From contig NW_003314281.1 of NCBI RefSeq assembly GCF_000143415.4, forward strand, positions 2,197,710 through 2,261,709: a stretch of 64,000 bases of DNA, given 5' to 3'. The stretch comes from Selaginella moellendorffii. Taxonomy: Eukaryota > Plantae > Lycopodiophyta. Positions 24,780 to 36,797 of this stretch are shown here, in pieces (within the stretch, counting starts at the first letter, position 1; the number at the start of each line of letters is the position of its first letter). The notes beneath the pieces were generated by a model. It was not told the DNA's origin. It made no database searches and saw only the letters and a program-made list of their open reading frames with translations. The position numbers and the translations under genes are program-made.

Positions 24780-27700
24780 TAGGTTTTGGGTTACCTTATT
24801 GTACCTTATGATGTGAGCTTGCGCTTGGGCTCATAGGATGGATTGGAGTTGTTCCAGTTACACGAGTTTGAGTTTGGGCTCGTGAGTGAGGCGCATTAGC
24901 AACTTGAGGTTACACTTTGAGTTGGCAGGATTAATGTTAGCCTATCGGTGGTTCCATAAGTTGTTCCATGTACCGTGGGTGAAAGTAAACCTTCCCTGGG
25001 TTTGCTATGAGTGGCAAATAGGCTGGTCCGTAGCTGTTTAGCACGGCACTAGTAGATCCTTCCTAGGCATGATTACAAGTGGATCAACTAAGACTGTAGG
25101 GATTAGTCTATTGGTTCAAGTAATCATTGCCGTGCTTTCTTATAAACTTTTCTTGGATTGGACTGAAGGCAGTGCGAACGCAGGCTTGAAGTGTAGTCAA
25201 AGATGAGACCGAAAAGAGAGTCGTCGGGGACGAAGGATCAAATACGTAAATCATTTTCTCTTCTTGGAGAGATGATTTGCAACGAGGTGTAACTCATTGC
25301 TCCTGTTCACAATATGCAATCAAGAGTCCATACCTTGATGCATGTTGGAAATGATGGTCTTACAAATGGTGAGTTATGGGATGGATAGCGGTGAAGCGCT
25401 AAACCATTTTGTCTAGGCTTGCTATTGGGAGATTTGGGTTGCAATGCTCAATTCTTTTTCGGGGAACCTTGCTATTGCTCCTTGAGTAGCTTGGTGCTGG
25501 ATTAGTTTTGAGTTTGGTCGGAAAGAGAGTGGCATGAGCTTGTCCGTGTTGTGAACAAAAGTTAGTGGTGTTGGGTGTTGTAAGTCTCTATTAATGGAGT
25601 GTGGCATCTATGTTGCATTTTGTCGAATCGAGTTTGCACTTGATACTCACATAAACCTTTGAAGTAATGACATAGACATCGCTCGTGGTATTGCTCAATT
25701 GATGATCAAATCATTGTGATTTCCATATCATATCCATGTGATGATGAGCAATGTGTTTACGAAGTTGCTTGGTTAAACGATGATCAACCCCAAAGTGGTT
25801 GATAGTGAAGCTAGTCTACTTGCACGAAGTAGCATTGTAGTAGCTTTGATTGGATTCTCTATAGTGGTCCATTATGCTAAGCTTAAGTTGGTTCCTTGTT
25901 TCCTTGAGGGTTTGCCCATAAAGTGTTGGAAAGGGTTATAGCATTTACTTGCTATAACTTGTTGGTTGATCCGTTAGCACTTGGAGTAGATTGTTGGATG
26001 GAGAAGATGTGTAGTTGGGGCATTGACATCACTAACACTTGTGTTAGTGGAAATGGCATTGTTACTTCAAGTGATGAAGAATTTTTCCTTAAAGCTTGAT
26101 TTTCCATGTCATTTTTCTTGTTAGTGTTTTAGCTTCACATTGGATCTTGAAGGTGGTTGAAGAAGAGTGTTAATGCAATGTGGATATCCAAAGATGTGGT
26201 CTTCGTGATCAAACTTTAGATGTTCCATTTGCATTTTACGGATATCAGTGTTGGATGTCGAAAGAATGGGCAGAAAGAGATGTTCGAGGCTTAAGCATAC
26301 TATGGATCATGAGAATTTGTGTTGAGGTGAACCTATGTGAAGTTGTTAGTAGGAGGAAGTTGGTTGAGTCTTGAAAGTTTGTATTCCTGGACTGAGAGTC
26401 ATTCTTTCTCTAGGATGGAAATTTTCCACAAATTTTCTTAGACTTTTCCAATAGCTGATCTATTATCACTTTGTCCGAAAACCATTCCGTTTTCGTAAGC
26501 CAATACAAACTAGTGAAGGGGTTGGAGTTGACTTCAGTTGGCTTAAACCTTAGTATGTAGTTTGTATGATGCGGCCTGAAAGGGATGCTGACTTTTGGGG
26601 CTAAGGCAATTGAGTTGGATAGAGTCTGGAGTTAATGTAGAAAAGTGGTTGTTGCACTTTTCTGAGAAAGGTGACCCTTGTACCTTTCTTTTGTAGCGTT
26701 ATGCTTGGTGGCAGGTTGCACTTTGCATTTCGTTAGACTCTATGAGAGTAGTGAGCTCTCACTGATCTTGATTTGGTCTTGGTGGCCCTGCGCCTTGGCT
26801 AAGGATGGTGATGTTCAACTTAGTTGTTTGAGTTTAAGATGTTGGTACCCGTATTATAGCTTTGTCTATGAGGAGGTTGTGTACCGATATGAGTCCATCT
26901 CATGGTCTTCACTTTAGTTTCGGCTGAGTGTTGATCATGCATAGCTAGCCTCTTCAAGGCATGCTCAGAGCTGTTGGCTAAATGCATTAGTGAGCTTATT
27001 GCAGTTGAGTTGGAGTTGAGTGGTCATTTAGTTTGTGCTTGCCCATGAACGTTTATCTTGACCTGGGGTATCATGTTCATGTTGGACAAGTATATGACTT
27101 GATGGCATGAGTTTAGTGTTTGAGTCTTGTGAAGGCAAGTTGAGGGGTGATTGTTAGTTGCTTTGCGACTAGTGATTGCTTGTAAACTTTGTCGAAAGAC
27201 TATGACACTTGCTTCACTCGATGATGATTTAGCAGTGATGGGCTTGCTTTGCCGGATGGTGTTGCGGAGGATCGTGTCGTTAGACTTACATGGGTTTTCC
27301 ATGTTGGCATGTTGACTCTATCTCTGTCAATATCATTTGGTTGCGTTTAGTTCATAATGTTGGATTTCATTGAGTCTTGGACGTGGTGATTCACTCTTTG
27401 AGGAAGTGTTATCTGTAACTGAGTTTTGCTGAAGAATTGGTCTTGGATACTGAGTAAAGTATCTTCGACCTTGGTTAGCTTAGTTGCTAGAGAGCTTTGA
27501 GTGGTGATTCACTCGTGCTTTCTTTTAGCTTTGTTCTGATGTTGATGGCATTGAGGTGATGCCTTGTCATTGATATTATTGACGTTGAGATTTCAGTGAA
27601 ATGAGATGTCTATCCGCAAGATTGATGTCGAGTTTCATTAGTCTTAATGAAGATAGTGTTGATGATTTGGCTATGGCTTTGTGTTATTGGCATTCGTACA

Positions 27701-28357
27701 TTTGCTAGTTCGCAACTATGTTGACGTTCAAATGAACTAAGTGGCAAGTTTGAGTTAGTTGTGTTCTAAACAAGGTTATTTAGTAGGGGTTGAGCTTCAG
27801 CTTTTCCTTGAAAAGTGATTTAGTCATGGACTATGCTAACTCTACAAGCGGAAGAGTTAGTGATTGATATTGGATGTTTGAATCCTTATTGGATTTGAGT
27901 TGAAATATATCAATCATTGATGATTCTTCTTGTGCTTGTTATGATGTGAGTTACGTCTTGCTATAGATGGATTCATGGAGGATCGCTTGATGATCACTTG
28001 TCAAGCATAGCTTCGTTATGTTTAGCTTTTGGATTGATGCAGACATGCTCTTCATTAGCTTTGCATTATGAAGTTTAGCTTATAGATGTGTTGAGGAGGA
28101 TATTGTGGGTTGTACCATGATTTCTTCTTTAGCATTGACGTTAGTCCATGCGAGACTCGTGATCATTATTAGGCAAGACTTGGCTATAGACTTCTTCGAG
28201 CTTTTGGTTCTTTGAGTTTTATGCTCATTGTTCCATTTGTTAGAAGTTGTTGGGGAAGACATTTTGGCTCATTAGTTTCAATGTTGACGTTAGTATTTGC
28301 ATCTAGCAATCATTGGTGATGATTGACTATCATCTAAGATAGTTGATTATCCTTGTC

Positions 28358-28475
28358 NNNNNNNNNNNNNNNNNNNNNNNNNNNNNNNNNNNNNNNNNNN
28401 NNNNNNNNNNNNNNNNNNNNNNNNNNNNNNNNNNNNNNNNNNNNNNNNNNNNNNNNNNNNNNNNNNNNNNNNNNN
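28358..28475. other. Assembly gap
   Basis: N run. Confidence 1.
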
Positions 28476-29483
28476 TGGTGGTTATTTGTTCTCTTTGATG
28501 GCTTCTGGCTTTTTGCATATCACATGTTCTTTGTGATTTGCTCTAGATTGGTCTCTTGGGTTTGAGACATCAAAAGGATGTTGCTAACACTTGCTTAGGC
28601 AACTTGAGTTCCTTGGTGTTGTTGGCTGGGATCTATTTGGATTGGCTAGTGTGATAGTTGGCATGAATGGGTGTTTGTTGGTCTTACCGCATTCATTCTG
28701 TTCTGTTGATTATTGCTCGAGTTAGTTCTGATAGGTTGGGATGTTATTTCCTTCGGGTGATACATTCGCGAGCATTGTGCCTGTCAGTCAATGATACTTT
28801 GTGTTCTTTGAGTTATCTCTAGTAAGTTGTTGGCTTACTGTCTGCTATCTTTGATAGTTATGTTTTATCATTAAGTGTTCTTGATGATACACTAGCTATT
28901 GAATTTTGTTGGATAGTGAATCCTATGTTTTCCAATTATGATGATCTTGGTGGTTCCTGCACTATACTACTAGTTTATCAGATGATAACTTACTTGGAAT
29001 ACTTTTGTGTTCTAATCTAAGATATAATCACTGATAATTCAGCTTCTAAGATATCATTGTCTCTGACTTTGATATTGTCCATTTATTGATCTTTGAGTTT
29101 GGGCCAGTAAAGGCAGACTGGCTTCGGCACTTCGTGTGCATGTTGAAATCTCTAGTCATGGGGTAGCTACTGTCGACTGGTCACATAACCCGCCTCTCTG
29201 TCGATGTTCCTTATTCCGTTGAAAGGGCGTGACCGTGTAAACAACTCTAACTGCCTGTTTACAGTAGTCTATCTAAACCTTACCGACGGGTTTGGTTTCT
29301 TTGCTCAGGAGGGTTGGGGCCTCTGGCTTCTCTCTCTATGTCTCTGCGGGCAGGGCATATCACACTTTTGTAAGTTGGGTGACTCCCAGAGCAGCAAGGG
29401 TGGCTGACCCCGTTGGTCATTTCCTTGTCGGTGACGGCCGGAAGGTGTCTGAGCTAGTAGGTATCCGCGTTAGACAAAGAGGT

Positions 29484-29750
29484 NNNNNNNNNNNNNNNNN
29501 NNNNNNNNNNNNNNNNNNNNNNNNNNNNNNNNNNNNNNNNNNNNNNNNNNNNNNNNNNNNNNNNNNNNNNNNNNNNNNNNNNNNNNNNNNNNNNNNNNNN
29601 NNNNNNNNNNNNNNNNNNNNNNNNNNNNNNNNNNNNNNNNNNNNNNNNNNNNNNNNNNNNNNNNNNNNNNNNNNNNNNNNNNNNNNNNNNNNNNNNNNNN
29701 NNNNNNNNNNNNNNNNNNNNNNNNNNNNNNNNNNNNNNNNNNNNNNNNNN
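29484..29750. other. Assembly gap
   Basis: N run. Confidence 1.
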
Positions 29751-30768
29751 GGAGTTAACTGGGCATTTCGAGTGTACTTAGACCGGACGAGCATAAGGAC
29801 GGAATTCCTACGTGTTATTAGCTAAGCATACTTAGCCCGGTAAGGAGTTCCCGTCTCATTTTGTCTTGCACTTGCTAGTGACAAGAACCCTCACATATTG
29901 AGATTAGTCCCTCAATATCGCTACATGATAGCTTACCGTGTCTGCCAAACACCCTCGCTATCATGCCCTTTGTGTTAGTCTCATTTCGGTCCCAAATGCT
30001 ATTTATGGAAAGTGTCCAGATTTGCTCATTTGGCATATCTACGGAATGTAGAGATCGTCCTGAACACAATGGTGTTCGTCCCGTGTCCAAATTCGCAATC
30101 TAGGGACATTCCATATTTAGTAAGTTTCGAGCTTGTCCCAGAGACTAACTCCTAATACTAAGGGAGGCTTGGGGTGAAAGCCCAAAGCGTGTGTTCCTCA
30201 AGGGGGGGGGGCTGTGGGGGGTTCCAAATGTATAGTAGGGATAGTGGGTAGGTCGGGCATGGCCGACCAACCTGAGGCATAGTCTAGCTCCCGCTTGCGT
30301 GCCTGTCCTTGTTCTGCGTCCGGCTTGGGTCTAAGCCCAAGTTCCATTCCATGCTAGTTGGTGGAGTACCCATATCCTCGTGTTAGGCCACCGGTATGCC
30401 GAAATAGCGCCAGACTCCGTTTGGCTCCGTTTTGTGTGCTGGTCCTGGCATTGGGATGCTGGTTGCTCCAGGACTGTTCCAAGTCGCTCCAGGCTCCTGT
30501 CCCTTCGCTCCTTGGGCTTTATGCTCGGGAGTCGCTCCAGGCTCCTGTCCCGTCACTCCTCGGCTCCATGCTTGGGAGTTTGGCACCGTTCCTTTGTTCA
30601 GTGGCCCAAGGCCTTGAACCTCAGGTTCTTATGGACACGTGGCATGGACACGTGGCATATGACACGTGGCATCCGTCACGTGGCACAAAGAGGGTTTAGG
30701 TTCCGCTTCGTGGTGTTATCCTATGGTAAATGACCATAGGATAAAGGGTCAAAACCACGTGCGCTACA

Positions 30769-32775
30769 TCCGGTTTGGGGAAGGTGGGAAAGTAGCCAGA
30801 AAATTTGTGAGTGATGTTCCAATAAAAATATCCAAGTGGAAAGAAAGAGTGGACTTGGTAGTGTTGAAGATACCAGATTTTCAGATGGTGTATGGTATAG
30901 ATTTCTTCAACAAATATATTAAAGGGATTTATGGTGCTAGACAAAGTTCTATCATATTGACGTTAGAAGGACATCCCGATGTGTCCTTCTAGTTGTAGAA
31001 GCACTCCTCAAAGGATTGGGATGTTGAGTTCTTGATTGCGAGAGCCGCTCAAAAAGCAACTAAGAAGGGATATCGGACCTTTTGGGTTCAAGTGATGGAA
31101 GCTGAGGGTGTTAGTGACTTAATTCAAATTGGTGACGGGGTTAATCCTGTACCAAAGAAGATATTGGAGTTGTTGGTGCAGAATTAGATATGTTTTTGAA
31201 GGATTTGCCGCTAGGGCTACCTCTTATCTGTGAGGTTGATTATCGGATTGAGATTATTCAAGGTTCTAAACCATCTATAAAAGCTCTGTATTGTTTGAAC
31301 ATCAAGGAAATGGCTAAACTTAAGAAACAACTTATGGAGCTTCTTGACAAATGTCATACACTCAACAAGATTACGATCAAAAATAGTTATCCTTTGCCTC
31401 ACATTGATGACTTGTTTGACCAACTCTTAAAGGCTAAATATTTTATGCGACTTGATTTACGGTTTGGGTATCATCAGATATGGGTGGTAGATCAAGGGTG
31501 GAGAAGACAACCTTTAAGACTTAGTATGGATCTTGTTATGCCGTTTGGGTTATGCAATACTTTGGCAACATTCAGCACTATGATGGATAGAATATTTAGA
31601 GATTTTTTGGACACATTTGTTATTCTATATATCAACAATGTTCTAGTCTTCAGTGAAACATTGGAGGATCATTTGAAACACTTAGAGCCGGTGTTTCAGA
31701 AGTTGCACGAACACAAACTATATGCTAAGGAAAGTAAATGTGCTTTTGAACAATTGCACATAAACTTTCTTGGACATATAGTTGATGGTGGCGTAATTGA
31801 GGTAGATCCAAAGAAGGTGGAAGTGTTGAAGTCCTGGGAAGTCCCAACTATTGTATTAGATGTTCATTCCTTTCTCAGTTTAGTGGGATACTATCGCAAG
31901 TTTATCTTCAATTTTGCAAGAATTTCTCTTCCATTGACTGAGTTAATGAAGAGTAATATTCTGTTTTATTGGACACCAGCTTATCAACGTGCTTTTGTAT
32001 GGTTGAAGGAGATCTTGACTATAGTTCCTGTTCTCAGGATTCCAGATTTTGATAAACCCTTCAAAGTGCATTGTGATGCATTTGGCTATGCTATTGGTGC
32101 CATGATGTAGCAAGATTATGACAAAGTGGTTGGTGTTACACTAAGGTGACATGGTTGTCCCATTGCGTTCTATTCCAAGAAATTGAATGAACGAAGATAG
32201 CCAACATATGAGAAAGAGATGTTTGCTATAGTGTTGGCATTGGAACACTAGAGACACTATTTAGGTGGACATACCAAGGTTTACATGGATACTAACACAC
32301 TGAGCTACTTTGCTACATAGCCAAAGCTTACGCTGAAGCAAGCTCATTGGCAAGAGAAGCTTGTTGCACACTTCATTCCAATTGTGGGAAAAGTGAATGT
32401 GAAACAAGCAGCAAAGCTCTTTTTCTATGAAGTAATGCGGGTTCGTGGTCTTCTTAAAGAGATGATCTCAAATAGAAATTTGAGGTTTATAGAGAAGTTT
32501 TGGGGCACACTATTCCAGTTATTTGGTACCAAGTTGAAGTTTAGTATAGCTTATCATTCTCTAACTAATGGGCAGACCAAACGTGTGAATGCTCAAGTTG
32601 AGGATTATCTATGGTACTATATCACAACGGACTAGTGCGACTAGGTTGAGCAGTTGGACACAGCAGAAATCTGTTATAACAACACTTTTCACAGCACTAT
32701 TAGCTATTCTCCATGGGAGATGCTGCAAGGGAATGCCCATGGAGTGCCTCAACAGATTGATGTACTGAAACCAAT
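30769..32775 (+). pseudogene. pol: pol remnant: protease C-half, reverse transcriptase (31190-32110), RNase H, partial integrase
   Basis: YPLPHIDDLFDQL, LDLRFGYHQI, VMPFGLCN, YINN in place of YxDD, VHCDAFGYAIGA, TYEKEMFAIV, AYHSLTNGQTKRVN; stops and internal deletions. Confidence 0.92.
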
Positions 32776-34409
32776 TGTAGCGCACGTGGTCTTTACCCTT
32801 TATCCTTTGATGATTTACCATAGAATAACAACAAAGTGGAACCTAAACCCTCCATGTGCCACATGTCCCATGCCACGTATCCAAAAGACAATGGTGTGGA
32901 ACCTGAGTTTTAGGGCCTTGGGCCACTGAATGAAGAAACAATGCCAAACTCCCAAGCATGAAGCCAAGGAGTAATGGCACTAGAACACATAACAACTCCC
33001 GAGTGTATAGCCCAAGGAGCAAAGGGACAGGGGCACGGAGCGACTTGGAACAATCCTAGAGTATCCAACATCCCAATGTTAAGACCAGCACGCAAAACGG
33101 AACTAAACGGAGTTTGGCACTATTTTAGAATACTGGTGGCCTAATGTGAGGATAGCATAATGTGGAGCTTGGGCTTAGACCCAATCTGGACGCAGAACAA
33201 GGATAGGCACACAAGTGGAAGCTAGACTATACCTCAAGTTGGTCAGCCATGCCCAACCTACCCACTATCCCTACTATACATTTGGAACCCCCCACAACCC
33301 CTCCCTCCCCATGAAACACATGCTTTGGGTTTTCACCCCAAGCCTCCCTTAGTATTAGGAGTTAGTCTCTGGGACAAGTTTGAAACTTACTAAATATGGA
33401 ATGGCACTAGATTGCGAATTTGGACACGAGATGAACACCATTGTGTTCAAGACAATCTCTACATTCCATAGATATGCTAAATGAGCAAATCTGGACACTT
33501 TCTATAAATAGCATTTAGGACCGAAATGAGACTAACACAAAGGGCATGATAGCGAGGGTGTTTAGTAGACACAGTAAGCTATCATCTAGCGATATTGAAG
33601 GGCTAATCTCAATACACGAGGGTTCTTGTTAAGCCAATGCAAGACAAAGCAAAAAAGAACTAAAAGCCAAGCCAAGTATGCTCAGCTAGAAACACATAGG
33701 AGTTCCTACCTTATGTTCTGGCTAAGTACAGGTGCTAATCCCAGTAAACTAACACTTGAACAAGAGGTGCTGATAAAGGGAATTAGCAATACCAACCTCC
33801 TGCCATCGTGGTAGTAAGAAAAAAATATCCGAAAGGACTAGCCGATAGGTAACTTTTAATTTCTGAAGTCACATTTGCGACACTTTCCCCCCCTTGACGG
33901 AAGATCGATGTCCTTATCGATGCATACTCAAATCTAGAATACCGCTAAGGAAATAACTCCAGAAAAAGTTCATCGTATTCACACTATGTGAGAAATGCAC
34001 CAACTTAAATGAGCTAGGAAGCAACCTCTATATCTAATGCAGATGCGCTACCAACTCAAACACCTTCCGGCCGACGCCGTCAAGGAAATGACCAACGGAG
34101 TCAGCCACCCTTGCTGCTCTAGGTGTCACCCAGCTTACAAAAGTGTGATACGCCCCTACCCACATGGATATAGAGAGAGAAGCTAGAGGAACCCTCCTGA
34201 GCAAAGAAACCAAACCTGTCGATAAGGTTTAGATAGACTACTGTAAACAGGCAGTTAGAGTTGTTTACACGGTCACACTCTGTTAATGGAATAAGGAACA
34301 TCGATAAAGAGGCAGGTGATATAACCAGTCGGCAGTAACTACCCCATGACTATAGATTTCACCATGCATACAAAGTGCCGAAGCCAATCTGCCTATACTG
34401 GCCCAAACT
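32776..34409 (-). mobile_element. Family 1 copy D: 3' LTR (32776-33882), PPT and ~0.5 kb of internal sequence; more diverged, 5'-truncated
   Basis: + strand TGTAGCGCACG...TTTGCGACA followed by CTTTCCCCCCCTTG (PPT on the minus strand); internal part matches ~4243-4769. Confidence 0.9.
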
Positions 34410-34706
34410 AGGGCTGGGTAGTTTTTGAGCTGAGCTCAAGTCAATGAAAGTCAATGAAAGTCAATATAATCCACCAAATACAAAAGTTGATGTTTAAATG
34501 ATTGGTTCGGGATGAACCAACAATTCTATTGAAACCTTAAGACATGTTTTCAGTCCAAGAAAATGCTAAATAATATAAGTCTAATAAATAAATAAATATC
34601 ATAAGTCAAAGAAGAAGCTCAATATTACCACTAAAAAATTTGACTAAAAAAAAAACTATACTTAGTCTTCCTCAGCATCCACATCCACAAAAGGAGGAGT
34701 TCATAT

Positions 34707-36797
34707 AGTGAGAGTGTAAATCCCAGCTCCCTCATGCCCACATCAACAGTATAATCAAAGCATTTTGCCACTTTATGAAAGAGAATTTTCTGTTAGCTAC
34801 ACACATCAGAATTTTTGTAGCCATTGCCAATGCTTAGTGGTAGCAGGGCCTTGGTTTAATGTATTTTTAATACCTCTTAGAACAACATGTATAACTTATA
34901 GCAGAGAGAAATCAGTCTACTCCAATTTCAATATTGGATCATTTGTGCTACCTAGGGAGGGGGAATAGTCAAACTCACCCTAATTCCACCACATACGAGG
35001 TGAGCTCCTCCAATAATGTAGAAGCACAAAGTCAGTGAGAGTATTAGAGTTTTAGACAAAGATCTAAGGACCCAATGAGCTCTTTAATCCGATGCACATG
35101 CAAATCCCACCCACAAATCTCCTCACACTAGAATTTTAAGAAATCCTGTTCATTGGAAACTTTTTTCAACCAAGAAAAGGTGGCACCTTGTTCTTAACCC
35201 GCAAAATACATTTGGGTTTGTAGCTGTCTTCCACCTGCTTCAATCTAACAACGTCTCTACCAACACTGAGGCCAAGAGGCGATGTGCTATGCCAATTCCA
35301 TTGCATTGCACTACAACCAAGTGAAAATCTAGCTAGCTGTGAGAGAAACAAACAATGATTACTTCACAAAATTCCTTGGGGATGTCCTATTGCTAGTAGC
35401 CAAACATGAGGTATAACAAAGCCTTCCAAAACACTGTAAAAAAAACTGAATGCAATTTTCCAGGAGCTCATACTTCTCAGCTAATGCTCCCACATTCATT
35501 GTTAACAAGTGAATCTTATCCTTGTTTGATCTCTAGGGCCAATCCCAACTGTGCTTAACAACATCTAAACCTTTGATGTAGACCCAATAGCACCTTCTTA
35601 AAGCTTCTCCACCATCTCTCCCTTAGCTAAAATAGAAAATTCCTATACCTACTGCTTTGTGGGAATCTCTAAACCTATCCTAGATTCCTTTTGTTTCAAC
35701 ATCCTCTCAATGTTTACTTTCCATACCCTTATCTTTACCACTTGCTCAATAAGTGATTCCATCCTACACTTGCTCCTTGGTTGTCTTCTCAAGCTCAAGC
35801 AATGCCTCTGCATCCTCTGAGATGTCCTCATCCTTGTCTTTTAGCTTGCTAATGGTGTCCTCTGAGTCATCACTCCAGCTCCTCCCTAGTGAACTCCTCA
35901 AATTTCTACTTAGACTCCTCTTCTCCTATTGCTTCCTTCCATAAGATCTTAATTTCCTAGTGCAAAGTCTTTTCCTGCAACTTTTTCCTCAAGGATCCAG
36001 TTGACACGATTGCCTCAATCAGCTTCCCTATTGTCCAAAGCTGCCACACCATAAGCTCCTATAATATAGAGCTCTCCTCCACAATTTAATTGTTTTTTTG
36101 AATCTTTATTAGTGTGTTCTCATATTGGGTGTTGAATTCCACAATTTGCTATTAAAATTCTACCTTTTGTTGTCCCTATGCCTTTGTATGATATGGTAAG
36201 CAATTTCAACTTGTTGTGATGCACTTTTTTTATTAGCCATTTGAAGTGGCTTTATCTGAGGGCAATGTCTTAGAGTAGAATGATACTCAACATTAGGCAT
36301 GTGAGAGTTTTTTACTCCAATATCTATGCCAACATCTTCACTAACAAAGGAAAAACGATGTTTTGAGTGAACTGTCTTCATATCACTAATAGAAGCTCGA
36401 GAATGTACTCCATAGATATGCCGTGGAGCACTTCCTCAATTGCAATTACCATTATTCAGGCAGGTGAAGTCAATTTTCTCTTCATCCTATCATGTAACAT
36501 CTCAATAGAAAGCCTTGTTCCCATATAACCACTTGAGGACCTCGCATACACCCCCAACTATGAATCTCTCTGAAAGTAAGCACTAGAGTTGGCATTTCTC
36601 TTAAACAAGGAAAGGGAAGATGAGTCTATATGAAGTCTGTCAGATTTAATATGCACTATAGAGCTATCTTCAAAAGTTTTCGCATTTGAGGAGATATTAA
36701 AAAGCAATAATATGAGAAGAAAAATACCAACCAACCTAAAGAGAGTGATGTCCCCATTGGAACATCCTAACTTTTCCCACCCTAACCATGACTCAAG
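34707..36797 (-). mobile_element. MULE-like transposase 3' region remnant
   Basis: Colinear with ~47330-49730 but lacks the ~48060-48410 block. Confidence 0.75.

Larger units (their letters stand above)
23496..30768 (+). mobile_element. Complete non-autonomous LTR element, family 1 copy C, with 5-bp TSD TCCGG
   Basis: TCCGG at 23491-23495 and 30769-30773; TG...CA termini. Removing the element restores protease reading LPIHFRFGEGGKVARK. Inner LTR borders fall in N gaps. Confidence 0.95.
22125..32775 (+). mobile_element. Decayed Ty3/gypsy (chromovirus-like) gag-pol, interrupted by family 1 copy C and truncated by copy D
   Basis: Domain order gag-PR-RT-RH-IN; LTRs not visible. Confidence 0.88.

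Noticed and set aside
24304-24816. Long ORFs spanning N runs (also 8852-9037, 28330-28565, 29292-29825)
   Set aside because: Artefacts of assembly gaps.
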